Program-made: the position numbers and the translations under genes | Notes under the pieces: model-generated | The model's input: the letters and a program-made list of their open reading frames with translations, nothing else | Databases searched by the model: none | What the model was told of the DNA's origin: nothing | Shown: piece by piece, positions 10,027 to 20,718 of the stretch | Position numbering within the stretch: the stretch's first letter is position 1 | How the letters are laid out: each line of letters opens with the position of its first letter | From: an uncultured Verrucomicrobiae bacterium | GTDB taxonomy: Bacteria; Verrucomicrobiota; Verrucomicrobiia; Chthoniobacterales; UBA10450 | Assembly (NCBI GenBank): GCA_963801815.1 | Contig: CAWDGJ010000007.1 | Span: 64,001 to 128,000, forward strand | Reading direction: 5' to 3' | Length of the DNA: 64,000 nt

Positions 10027-10112
10027 GGTAGAAGTTAACGGCTAACCGATTGTGCCAAAAAAAGCGCGAAAAGTTATAGAAAATCTTTTGGGGAGCGACC
10101 TACAATTGCCCA

Positions 10113-11120
10113 GTGCCGCGGGACTATGACATTTTTGCGGGGGCCGATGTTCTCATAACCGGCGGCCTGGGATTTATCGGGTCGGCGTTGGCCCGACGAC
10201 TGGTCGGCCTCAAAGCCAGGGTGACCCTCGTAGACAGCCTGATCCCCGAATATGGTGGAAACGTTTTCAACATCCATGACATCCGCGACCGCGTGACTGT
10301 CGATCTCACCGACGTCCGGGACGCCGCCGCCATGGCTGCGCTCATCAAGAAGCGACACTTTCTGTTCAACCTCGCTGGTCAGACCAGTCATGTTGATTCC
10401 ATGACCGATCCATTGACCGACTTGAACATCAACGCCGCGGCGCAGTTGCAAATTTTGGAAGCGTGCCGTTTGCACAACCGCGACGTGAAGATTGTTTTCG
10501 CCAGTACGCGTCAAGTTTACGGGCGACCGAAATATCTGCCGGTTGACGAAAAGCACCCGATCAATCCGGTCGACGTTAATGGAATCAATAAGCTTGCCGG
10601 CGAATGGTACCACCTGCTTTATAATGACGTTTACCAAATTCGCGCGTGCGCTCTGCGGCTGACCAACACTTACGGCCCCGGCATGCGGGTAAAGGACGCG
10701 CGCCAGACCTTTCTCGGGATCTGGATTCGTCAGTTGATCGACAACAGGCCAATCCAGGTTTTTGGGACCGGCGAACAGCGTCGGGACTTTGATTTCGTGA
10801 GCGATGTCGTGGAAGCGCTGCTGTGCGCCGCGATCAGCGAAAAGTCCGACGGCCAGGTATTTAACCTCGGCCATCGCGAGAATGTGAGTTTGAAGGAATT
10901 AGCGGAACTGCTCGTTCGAATTAACGGCGGGGGCCGTTACGACTTGGTTCCGTTCCCGGAAGACCGAAAGACGATCGATATCGGCGACTATTACTCGGAC
11001 TTTACCAAGATCGAAAAATCGCTCGGCTGGACTCCAAAAGTGACGCTCGAGCAGGGATTACAAGAGACGCTCGATTACTATCGAGCAAATCACAATCATT
11101 ACTGGAATGACCAAGCCTGA
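10113..11120 (+). CDS. NAD-dependent nucleotide-sugar epimerase/dehydratase
   Basis: ITGGLGFIGS, FNLAGQTSH, ASTRQVYG, LTNTYGP, QRRDF. NGINK stands in place of the usual YxxxK. Confidence 0.9.
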   Translation: MPRDYDIFAGADVLITGGLGFIGSALARRLVGLKARVTLVDSLIPEYGGNVFNIHDIRDRVTVDLTDVRDAAAMAALIKKRHFLFNLAGQTSHVDSMTDPLTDLNINAAAQLQILEACRLHNRDVKIVFASTRQVYGRPKYLPVDEKHPINPVDVNGINKLAGEWYHLLYNDVYQIRACALRLTNTYGPGMRVKDARQTFLGIWIRQLIDNRPIQVFGTGEQRRDFDFVSDVVEALLCAAISEKSDGQVFNLGHRENVSLKELAELLVRINGGGRYDLVPFPEDRKTIDIGDYYSDFTKIEKSLGWTPKVTLEQGLQETLDYYRANHNHYWNDQA

Positions 11121-11126
11121 AAGCGT

Positions 11127-12779
11127 TCAACGCTTTTGGCGTTGATCAAGCTCGTTCGCTCGCTTGAATTCACGAGCCGCACGTTCCGTTTCACCCTTTT
11201 GTTGAAACGCTACGCCAAGGTTGTAATGCGCGTTGGAATCGTCTGGCCGAATTGTTAATGCCTTCGCATATTCGCCGATGGCCTGATCAACTTCGTTCTT
11301 AACAAGGAACGCATTGCCGAGCACGACATGGGTGTCGGGCTCGTTCGGCAGAAGTGCCAATGCAGATTCGCATTCCTGGATTGCGTTATCTACCTGGCCC
11401 TGGTTAAGCAAAGCGCTTCCGAGATTGTAGTGCGCTTCAGGGTAGTCCGGATGGAGCCGGAGCGATCGCTCATAATTTTCAATCGCATCCTCGACTTGTC
11501 CCTTTTCCAACTGAACAACTCCCAGATTGTTGTAAGCGATCCAGGACTTTGGGTCCTTTGCGATTGTCATTCTCCAAAGTGTCTCGATGTCCCGATAAGT
11601 TGCGCTTTGTCGAACGGTCAGAAAGCTTAGGCAAGCCAGCACGACCAACGCTCCGGTGCACTCAATCCATCGCCCGTTCTTGATCTTGTCCGTGAATCGA
11701 ACAAAGGCACTGCATGCGAGGGTGATCGGCCCAATGCAGGCAAGATACTGATAATGGTCCGCGACGAACGTGTAACGGAAAGTATAAAGCATGACGAACC
11801 CGAGCAATGGGCCCAACGTGGCAACGAAAAACAACGCCGCGACTTCCGGCCCTCTCCCAAAACGACGCCGCGCCAACCAAATGAAGACAGCTAATATGAT
11901 CGTCAGCAACAGCCAGGCATAAGCAGCCGGATCCGCCGGGCTGATTCTCCACTGCGGATAAATAAAGATGAGGTCAGAGGGCCAAACGATTTTGCTGAGA
12001 TAAAAGCAGATAGCGCGACTCGCGATCAACAATCGATCCAATGGTGCAACCGAAACGAGGAAACGCGTACCTTGATGAAATTCTTCCCACCAAATTGCGA
12101 TGAGTCCGACCAAAATGGCCAGAGCCACAAAAGGGGCGACTTCGAGCACGGCTTTACGGCCAATCGGCCGGTGTTGCCACCATAGAATCAAAAGCAACGC
12201 CGCCGGGAGCGTACAGGCGGTCGACTTGGCGGCGAGCGCCAGGAAACAGGAAATCAGGGCGGCAATGTAAAAAATCCACCGCCGCTTGCCGCGTGGGTCG
12301 ACATATTCAATCCAACCCAGCAAGGTAAGCAGGAAAAAGAACCCCATCAGAAGGTTCTTTAGCTCCGAGATCCATGCCACCGACTCGACCTGCACTGGGT
12401 GCAACGCGAAGATCGTGGCGGCAAGCCACGCGCCCGGCACATTGAGCCGCGTCAGGACGCGCCAGACCAGAAGCGCGTTCGCAACGTGAAAAAGGAGGTT
12501 CACCCAGTGGTAGCCGGCTGGACTTAAATCCCAGAGCGAGCGTTCGATTCTCAGCACCGTGTAGGTAAGCGGAAAGTATTGTGAGGGCGCCTCAACTGAA
12601 AACCAAATCCGCCTCAAACCGTCCGGCGCAATTAGTAGGGGGTTCTTGGTAACATAATAGTCGTCATCCCAGATGAATCCAGCATTCCAAACGGGTCGAT
12701 ACGTCAAAATCGTAAGACCGCAAAGCAACAGCGCCAGGAAAACGGTTCGCGTTGCCGTTCTGTTCCCGAGTTTGATCAT
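11127..12779 (-). CDS. TMTC-like GT-C glycosyltransferase with C-terminal TPRs
   Basis: GFIWDDDYY, HPVQVESVAWISELKN, VADHYQYL; about 4 TPRs (AYNNLG, AHYNLG). Confidence 0.85.
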   Translation of the reverse strand: MIKLGNRTATRTVFLALLLCGLTILTYRPVWNAGFIWDDDYYVTKNPLLIAPDGLRRIWFSVEAPSQYFPLTYTVLRIERSLWDLSPAGYHWVNLLFHVANALLVWRVLTRLNVPGAWLAATIFALHPVQVESVAWISELKNLLMGFFFLLTLLGWIEYVDPRGKRRWIFYIAALISCFLALAAKSTACTLPAALLLILWWQHRPIGRKAVLEVAPFVALAILVGLIAIWWEEFHQGTRFLVSVAPLDRLLIASRAICFYLSKIVWPSDLIFIYPQWRISPADPAAYAWLLLTIILAVFIWLARRRFGRGPEVAALFFVATLGPLLGFVMLYTFRYTFVADHYQYLACIGPITLACSAFVRFTDKIKNGRWIECTGALVVLACLSFLTVRQSATYRDIETLWRMTIAKDPKSWIAYNNLGVVQLEKGQVEDAIENYERSLRLHPDYPEAHYNLGSALLNQGQVDNAIQECESALALLPNEPDTHVVLGNAFLVKNEVDQAIGEYAKALTIRPDDSNAHYNLGVAFQQKGETERAAREFKRANELDQRQKR

Positions 12780-12833
12780 GCCGCAGAGTTCTGGTAACGG
12801 TCGAAATCTAAGCGTTGCGAGACCTCTTGTGGC

Positions 12834-15260
12834 TCATTCTTTGTCAACAGAACGTGGCGGGCCAAACTGTTCCTGAAGAACATCTCGCTCAAGCTCTGGA
12901 GGCGGACCATCAAGGGCGAGAGAGAGATCCTTGTCGGTAAGATGATAGACCAGCATCGAATAGCCGATGTTGTCGTCCGGCCTCCGGTGACGCAAGAAGG
13001 CAGCCAGACGGTGAAAGCGCAGCCGTTCGTACGTTTCCAGGGCCAAGTTCCATTTTTGCGGCTCAAGCTGGGGCAAAATCGTGCTCCGCCCGACCGGATC
13101 ATCAGACAGCAGCGATTTTGTCAACTGGACCGCGTTCTGGTATTGCTTCTCCAGGCGCTGATTCCAATTGCCGAATGTTCCCCATCGAGGAAGTGTAACT
13201 GGCTGAAGCAATGTAGCGTTGATGATATACGTACCACCTGTCAAACGTAGCGCGCTTGGTTTCTTAATTACAACGACAGAAACTTTATCACCCAGTCGCG
13301 CGTTCCCGAATACCTGATCATCATATTCCGGCTCGCGCTGGAAGAAATCGTAAAGTAGGGCGTCAGCTTGGTCGGCCGGAAATTCCAGTGTTTGTACAGG
13401 TGGTTGCCGATACCTACCGGGAACGCAATATCCCAAAATGGCTGGGATGCGGTAGTAGAGGGGATTAGCATCTCCGCCGCAGTATGACAGATATACCGGC
13501 TGGGGCGGATGCTTCTTTTCTATATAATCCCGGACTAGCGGCAGGTCCTGGCCCCAATCGAGCGAGCTATCGACCAGATGCCGGTAGGCCTGTTCCGGTG
13601 TAACAATCCCGTTGAAGTAGGCCAGATAATGCGGAAATCGATAGGCAATTTCGGAGACAAGTACAATAAGACTGACGACCAATAGTCCGCGCGTCGCAGG
13701 TAAAAAGCGGTTGCGCGCTAAGGGCGAGACCTTTCGATTCTTTGTAGAGGCATCAAACCAATAGCCTGCCGCTCCACACAATATGAACAGCGGAGGATAC
13801 GTCGGCAAAATATGCCGATGTCCAATGTTAAGATGAGATGAAATGGCGGTCGCCCAGTAGACTGCAAGCAAAACCCACAGGGGGAGTGTCTGATAAAAGC
13901 CCTCTGCTAACTGAGCACGCCATTTCGCACCAGCCTGTTTAAGACCACGAACTGTTGCTCCGATAGCAATCAGAATGATCACAAAGACTGCCAGGGGCGT
14001 TTTCACCAAGAATGTGTATGGAAAAAAAGCGTGGAAGCCGAACAAGCTAAACTGCCCATTCAGAAAAGCCGCGCGCTCGAGAGAGTTGTGCCACGAGTGC
14101 GCAAATCCGTAGATATAGGCCTCCGGCAAAAGGTGGTAGTGCCGCATTGATTCAAGAACCCGGGCAACCATGCGCGGCGGCGGCGACTGTAGTAATTGTT
14201 CCAGGCGCTCACGCTGTTCCGTGGTGAGCACTTCACTCTTAACGTCATCGATCGCTTTGAGAGACTCGACTGTCCAAAGCTCGCGCTCGGCGCCATCGCG
14301 CTTAACAACGCGTTCGACTTCGCCGCGTTGGGCTGAACTAAGATTTAGTTGATCAAGAAGAGCACCCGGTAGGCTCTTTTCCAGCACTTCCTCCCACGTC
14401 TCGCCACTTGTCCAGTTACCGTCAGGGATTTTAGGAGAAAATGCCGAGTAACGGAAACCGTAAACTGCCCAGACTGTTATCAGAACGAGAATCGAATGGA
14501 CAAAGATCGCGATTGCGAACGCGGTCAACCGACTGGATCGGGACCGCACCGATCCTGATCTGAGCACGGTCACCGGGAGAGGCGCGGGATGAATGGTTCG
14601 GGCAACAATCAGAATCAGCGCCATGGGTATGATCAACACGCCCGACATCTTTGACACAAAAAGAGCACCCATTGTTAACCCACTCACAACAAGGCGCCCA
14701 AGGGTCAGTCGCTGCAGCAATCGCCACCAAGCCCAAATTGCGGCGAGAAAAAACAGGGCTGCTACCGTATCTGACGTCATCAAGGCGCCGTTCGCGAGGA
14801 TCGATGGATTAAAAACGTAAAGCACCAACGAGATCATCCCGCCTGCGACTCCGAACAGTTGTCGCGACCATTGCCACACCAAGAAACCGAGGATGACTGC
14901 GAGGACACCGCAAGCTGCCCGGCCACGGAAATCCATCGCATCTATGTCGTTACCGGGCTCGTTAAACCATTGCCAGGCGAGCTGCCATTCATCGGCCGTC
15001 CGCCAGATGTTGCTGTCGATTGGTGGAAATCTGTAATTGCCGAGAACCAATGGCAGGGCCATAACCCGCTGCGAAAGGTTGGCGTTCTCCGGATCAAATC
15101 GGTAATCGTTGAAGCACCAGTAAGCGTAACCGGCAGCCGCGTGGATGCCTTCATCGGACGTCTGGCTGGTATTACGCAGACTGGCCAGCATGAAGAGCCA
15201 GAAAAAAACGAGAAGTGCGGAGCCGACTAGCAAACTCTTGCCACGCAGTTCACGAATCAC
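12834..15260 (-). CDS. Large GT-C glycosyltransferase (GT39-like) with an internal helical insert
   Basis: QTSDEGIH, NPSILANGALMTSD, FLVKTP, LNIGHRHILP, DSSLDWGQDL; 808 aa. Confidence 0.8.
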   Translation of the reverse strand: MIRELRGKSLLVGSALLVFFWLFMLASLRNTSQTSDEGIHAAAGYAYWCFNDYRFDPENANLSQRVMALPLVLGNYRFPPIDSNIWRTADEWQLAWQWFNEPGNDIDAMDFRGRAACGVLAVILGFLVWQWSRQLFGVAGGMISLVLYVFNPSILANGALMTSDTVAALFFLAAIWAWWRLLQRLTLGRLVVSGLTMGALFVSKMSGVLIIPMALILIVARTIHPAPLPVTVLRSGSVRSRSSRLTAFAIAIFVHSILVLITVWAVYGFRYSAFSPKIPDGNWTSGETWEEVLEKSLPGALLDQLNLSSAQRGEVERVVKRDGAERELWTVESLKAIDDVKSEVLTTEQRERLEQLLQSPPPRMVARVLESMRHYHLLPEAYIYGFAHSWHNSLERAAFLNGQFSLFGFHAFFPYTFLVKTPLAVFVIILIAIGATVRGLKQAGAKWRAQLAEGFYQTLPLWVLLAVYWATAISSHLNIGHRHILPTYPPLFILCGAAGYWFDASTKNRKVSPLARNRFLPATRGLLVVSLIVLVSEIAYRFPHYLAYFNGIVTPEQAYRHLVDSSLDWGQDLPLVRDYIEKKHPPQPVYLSYCGGDANPLYYRIPAILGYCVPGRYRQPPVQTLEFPADQADALLYDFFQREPEYDDQVFGNARLGDKVSVVVIKKPSALRLTGGTYIINATLLQPVTLPRWGTFGNWNQRLEKQYQNAVQLTKSLLSDDPVGRSTILPQLEPQKWNLALETYERLRFHRLAAFLRHRRPDDNIGYSMLVYHLTDKDLSLALDGPPPELERDVLQEQFGPPRSVDKE

Positions 15261-15339
15261 GAGTTAGTATACCCTCGGCGCGTTGGGCAGCGAGATTTTT
15301 GCCGCCGCTACTAAATCCGCTCAACAGTGTGCGATCCTG

Positions 15340-15373
15340 AAAAGCAAACGGCCGGGTCACACTGACCCGGCCG
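15340..15373 (-). terminator. Intrinsic terminator of the TonB-dependent receptor gene
   Basis: CGGCCGGGTCA-cac-TGACCCGGCCG stem followed on the minus strand by TTTGCTTTT. Confidence 0.85.
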
Positions 15374-15399
15374 CTGAAATCACAACTTTCTACAGGAGT

Positions 15400-18300
15400 T
15401 TAGAACCGTTTCTTGATCGCGACGTACCACAGACGACCTTTGTCGTTCGCGACCGATTCATCGTAACCCTGGGCGTCACCGCTCTCGGCGAACCCAGCGA
15501 CAAATGGCGGCTCTAGATCGGCCACGTTATCAACACCCAACGTGAGCGTGGTATTGTTCAGCCACGCTCTCCAACCACATGGATTGTACTCCGCAGTCGA
15601 AACCGGCATCACATTCTTTTCCTTGCCGTCCTTCATCTTCACGTTCTTTCCGCCATCCTTGGCATAGCCAGCCACTTCAGTTTGCGCAGCAGGTGGTGGC
15701 AGGTTGAACGTGTAATTGAGGATTAGGTCAACCGTCGTCCACTCCCGTATCTTGCGGTCCATTTGATTGGGGCCGTTTGGCGTTTGAGTCGGGAAGACGT
15801 CGCCATTGATGTCCCAGTATTGGCCAATGTAATGGACAACCATTCCGGTATCGATTCCCTGCATCCAAGAGCCAGTTGGCCCGTCATAAAACAGGCTGAA
15901 GTATGCGCGGTTATGGGTGAAGTTACCGAAGCCGTTCGCGCCCTGGAATCCGCCACCATATTTGCCGACAATGGTCGTTCTCTTGCCGTCAGGCAGAAAT
16001 TGGATGTCGGCATCCGCCAAGTAGGTCCAATTCACCGTACCGGTAAACGTTCCCCAATCTCCATGGCCGAGCCTGGTCGTGTCGAAAACCTCCACGCCTT
16101 CGAAATCCCATGCCGTAGTGATAAATCGGCCGAGGTTTTGCTCAGGCGTGTTCAACAAGAGAATCGGCGCCGTGGCGCTTCCATCTCGCTGTACCCACGC
16201 TTGCGTAAGAGGGCCAGGGCCATTTGTGAACAGGAACTGGCCTGGGTCACGCTCCGAAAGCTGGAGTAATTGTTGCACATCCAAGGTCGCAGTAAATCCG
16301 CGGATATCGATGTGAACGAGGTCAGCACTAAGAGTCAGACCCTGCAATGGCGCCCACCATTTGCCGGGCGTGAGAACAGCTCCGTAGGTGTACTCATAGG
16401 CGATTTCCGGCTTTAGGTTCTCATTACCTAAGAGGTGTGTCTCATACTGTGAAGCAAACGTCGGATTGTACGGGTCTGTCAGGCCGGGGAAGCTTTGACT
16501 TGTTCCAGAGAACAACTCACCCAGTGCCGGAGCGTGGAAGGCCTCGATGTATGCAGCTCGCAACGTCAAGGACTGGTCTATCGGCTGCCACCGAACGTCG
16601 AACTTCGGTCTCTGTGTTTGACCGAAATCGCTGTAAAACTCCTCACGCTCAGCATAGCCGAGCTCCAAACTGTAGGCGCCCGGGAAATTCCAGGTCGGCC
16701 CGGTTACCGGAACGCGAACTTCTTCAAATACCGACCAAGAATCGCGACTACCCTTGGTAGGAGCGAAATTCGTGGCACCGGTGGTTTGACCAGAAGACGT
16801 TAGTGCGTCCGGATTGTCGGTCGTGTGGTTAGTGAGATGGGCAGCACCAACCGCAAATCGAACTGCGCCTCCCGGGAGATTGAACGCGTCGCCGCGCAAA
16901 GTGAGGTCTTCAGTCAGCAACGAGGTCCAGCCGATGTGGTTGGTCGTCACGAAAACCCGGTCGATAACGAATTTGGTGTTAGAGTGATTGCCAAATGCGT
17001 CAAACGCCGTGGCCGGATCTGTATCCAGCAGCGCGGTCCGCATGGCGTTGTTGTTTACGATACCGCCGAAACGTTCAATACGGTAATCCTCGTTGTAACG
17101 AACACCAAAATCCCATTCCCACGTTTTGAGCTGGTCCCATGCGTTGGCGAATTCGCCCAGATTACCTTTTAGGCCGCCAGTAAACGTATAGTTATCGTCA
17201 TAGATTTTATCGGTGCGTAATCCGTCTTCAATACCACGATAGCGGACGCCGGTAGTAAATTCGGTCCCCACGGGCGCAGCACTCGCTTGAGTGTTCGGGA
17301 ACGAGGGATTGAAGCCGCCTGCCGAAGTGTAATCAGCAACCGTGAACGGGTTGAACGCATTTTGTGTGGGCACGCTGATACCGGAAGAGCTGATACCGAA
17401 CGGGTGAAGCGCGTCGGTCCAGACATCGGGTGTGAACGGCGCCGGGGCCAAACCGCCGTCCCAGAATTGCCGCACATACTTAAAATCAGCGTACACCGTC
17501 AGGTATTTGTCGCAGAGATCGCGGTCAAATGATCCATACAAATACTCTCGATCGGTAGCCGGGACCGAAGGCGTTAGGTCGGAGAAGTTGAAGAAAAGGC
17601 GTTCTGAAGTGAGACCATGGGTAAAGGCCGCACCGTACATGTGAGTTATCGAACTGGTTTGCGGAAGCGTGCGGCGTCGGCGTTTTCAGGTGGAGTTTGA
17701 AAGGCTCTTTGGCCAACGCAAGGAACCACCTGCTCCCCACGCGTCCCGCGATATTACCGCTGCGGATGTCAAACCCACCAAAGGTGACTTTATTAGCATC
17801 GTGCGAAATATTGACGTCGCGCGAATAAATGGCGGAGGCGTTGTAAATGCCTGCATAAACGACGATGTTTGTTTTGTCATCGCCGGCGCCTGCGAGCAGG
17901 TATGCCGTTTCCGTGCCCTGGTCACCCGCGAATCCAAGATTGGTGTTGCCATAGCTCGCGTAAATCTCCAACCCACGGAACTGGTGAATCAGAAAGACGT
18001 TCACCACACCGGCGACCGCTTCGGTTCCATAAATTGGTGAAGCGCCGTCTTTCAGGATGTCGATGTGATCAATCAATCCCAACGGAAAAGTGTTGAAATC
18101 AACGAACGAACCGGCAAAGGCAAAGTTAGACAGACGGCGTCCATCCTGGAGGATGAGGGTCTCCTTCGGATCGATACCGCGCAGGTTGATTTGGGTTACA
18201 CCAGCGCCGCCGTTGGTCACGTTCTCGCCAATGTTTGAACCCGTTACGGCTGGAATTCGTTGGATCAAATCCGTTGGAGTGCGGACACCCAACCGGGTGA

Positions 18301-18559
18301 TATCGTCACGGCGATAGGTGTCAACCGGGTTCGGGCCGACTTCTTCGGCCGTCGGAATATTGGAACCGGTCACGACGACGCGCTCGGCTGTCGCCTCAGT
18401 GGCCGCCGGTGCCGCCGCGTTCGGAGCGATATTCGATCCGGTGACCGGGGCTGGCGCGTTGGCGTCTTGAGCATGCGCGCTTATCGCGATGATTAATGGA
18501 AATGCGGCTGCTACAAGAGCGACGCGAATTCCCAACGTTTTTTGCACGTTTCTAGTCAT
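15400..18559 (-). CDS. TonB-dependent receptor, split by a frameshift near 17640 (likely sequence error)
   Basis: Signal peptide; ERVVVTGSNI; plug motifs INLRG…TLILQDGRR and IDILKDGASPIYG; barrel GNENLKPE; C-terminal Phe (KKRF). GGAG RBS before ATG 18559. Confidence 0.9.
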
Positions 18560-18822
18560 TGGTTTCTCCATGGGTTTGGTTAGGTTTGCGATAGGGATTA
18601 TTGAAAAGTTGTCAGGCTGACAAGGTTTTTTTTCAGTTTTTTGAAATTTTTTTGAACGGGCAAACCAGCCCATTGTCTGGACTCGCTCCCGTTTTCCGGC
18701 GGTTCTATCGGATTTCCCCCTGCCTGCCTAGTAAAAAATTAAAGATTTTTTGACCCCTTGGAACGCCGGCTCTCCGGAACAAGTCATGCCGCGGCGCCCC
18801 AAAGGCCCTATTCCGCACTGGC

Positions 18823-20718
18823 TCAATGCGAAACTTGAGTTACGTGCAAAACCTCACCGCGCCGAAACGTTTCCGCGCAGGACCGCAGGCTTTCCACCAT
18901 TGCGCGATCCCCTCTCTTGTCTGCTAACGTCTCGCCTCGTTCAGCGGTAGCAGCCGCCTGCGCGAATTGGCCACTCTCGGCCTGCGCCGCCGCCAGGGTT
19001 CGCAGCACGACCGGGTTCTCGCCGCCGCTTTTGATGGCGCGTTGCGCCAGTTCGAGCGCTTCCGCTCCATCGCGCAAGTCTGCGTCGACCGCGGTCGACC
19101 GCATCCACGCGATATCGTTTTCCGCGTCGGTGTTGTCCGAGTCGAACGATAATGTTTGCCGCCAGGCCGCAATCGCCTCCCTGATCCCCCCTTTGCTCGC
19201 AAACAGGACACCCAGATCATTACTCGCCGCGACGTAATCCGGTTGAATTTGGAGCGCCCTCCGAAGATGGAGAATCGCGGGGTCGATCTTTTGTTGCGCG
19301 GCCAATGCTTTCGCCAATCCAAAGTGGGCCGCGACATTACCATCACGCAAATGCAACGCCCGTTCATAATGAGCGATTGCTTCATCGATTTGACCACGAA
19401 CAAATAGGATTCCGCCCAAACCGGTTTGAGCCACGTCGTTCTCCGGCGTTACCGCGAGGGTATGCCGCCACAATGTTTCCGTGTCGCGCCAGTAAGTTGT
19501 TTGCTTGGCCGACAAGAATGATAGCGCTCCAACGACGAGCACACCGGCGCTGCTCAAAATTATTTTCCGCGCCGGCAATGATTTTGTCAGATCGCAAGCC
19601 AGCCAGACGAGAGCGATATCAAGCCCGATTTGCGGGAGGTAAGCATAACGGTCCGCGTGGCCCTGTAAACCGACCTGCACAATTCCGATTACCGGAACCA
19701 TCATCGCCAAGTACCAAAGCCAGCCGACAATCAAATAAGGATTTTGCCGGCGGCGAACGAACGCGATCCCTGTCACGGCGATCAAAAAGAGAATCCCAAT
19801 CGCGAGTCGCCAAAGTTCCAGTCGATTCTCGGGATGAACATAAAACGGAATTAAATCCGCCGGCCACAACATTTGCCGGACATACTTGAAATAACTGAAG
19901 ATCGCGTTAGTGACTCGCCACTTCAGTGGCAGGAACTGCGTCGACCCGAGCGCGAAATTTTGGGCCCACAATGTTGCGAACACTGAACCCACCGAAAGCG
20001 CGAATAAGGGAATCTTTTCGATCAACAGTTTCGCAACGGTCGATTTCTCATATCGATGAAGCGGCCAATAATCGATCAAAAGCAGGACGATCGGCGTCGT
20101 CACCAACATCGGCTTCGACATCAGTCCGCACGCGAGGAGGATGGCCATCGTCAGGTAACGGTTGATAGTTCGCTGTCGGATCCACCAGACATAGGCCAGC
20201 AGCGTGGCCATGAAAAAGAATCCGCTCAGCACATCCTTCCGTTCCGCAATCCACGCCACCGATTCGACCCGCAATGGATGAATGGCGAAGACAGCGGCGA
20301 CAAAGCCGCTCGCCCAAACCTTGTTCGTCATCTGCGTGAGCAAAATAAAAAGCAAAATCGCCGCGAAGCTGTGCCAGAACACATTCACCAAATGCTGCGG
20401 CCCCGGATTCACGCCGAACAGCTGACAATCCAGCATGTGCGAGATCGTGGTCAGCGGATGCCAGTTCTGGGAATGAATGTGGGTGAAGGCCCATTCAAGT
20501 CCGCTCCAACTGATGCCCGCGCGCACGTGTGGGTTATCGTAGACATACAGCGGATCGTCGTAGTTGATGAACTGATGATCGAATGTCTGCCCGAATACCG
20601 CCCACGTGATCGCGGCCAGGAAGGCAGCAATGCCGAATCGGGTCCACCAGGATTCTTTCGTGCTCACGATTTCGGAATCTACAGTTTCAGTGCTTTCGCG
20701 AATCGGGCTTGGATTCAT
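18823..20718 (-). CDS. TMTC-like GT-C glycosyltransferase with TPRs
   Basis: FINYDDPLY, NWHPLTTISHMLDCQLFG, HPLRVESVAWIAERKD, HADRYAYLP, TPRs. Confidence 0.87.
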   Translation of the reverse strand: MNPSPIRESTETVDSEIVSTKESWWTRFGIAAFLAAITWAVFGQTFDHQFINYDDPLYVYDNPHVRAGISWSGLEWAFTHIHSQNWHPLTTISHMLDCQLFGVNPGPQHLVNVFWHSFAAILLFILLTQMTNKVWASGFVAAVFAIHPLRVESVAWIAERKDVLSGFFFMATLLAYVWWIRQRTINRYLTMAILLACGLMSKPMLVTTPIVLLLIDYWPLHRYEKSTVAKLLIEKIPLFALSVGSVFATLWAQNFALGSTQFLPLKWRVTNAIFSYFKYVRQMLWPADLIPFYVHPENRLELWRLAIGILFLIAVTGIAFVRRRQNPYLIVGWLWYLAMMVPVIGIVQVGLQGHADRYAYLPQIGLDIALVWLACDLTKSLPARKIILSSAGVLVVGALSFLSAKQTTYWRDTETLWRHTLAVTPENDVAQTGLGGILFVRGQIDEAIAHYERALHLRDGNVAAHFGLAKALAAQQKIDPAILHLRRALQIQPDYVAASNDLGVLFASKGGIREAIAAWRQTLSFDSDNTDAENDIAWMRSTAVDADLRDGAEALELAQRAIKSGGENPVVLRTLAAAQAESGQFAQAAATAERGETLADKRGDRAMVESLRSCAETFRRGEVLHVTQVSH

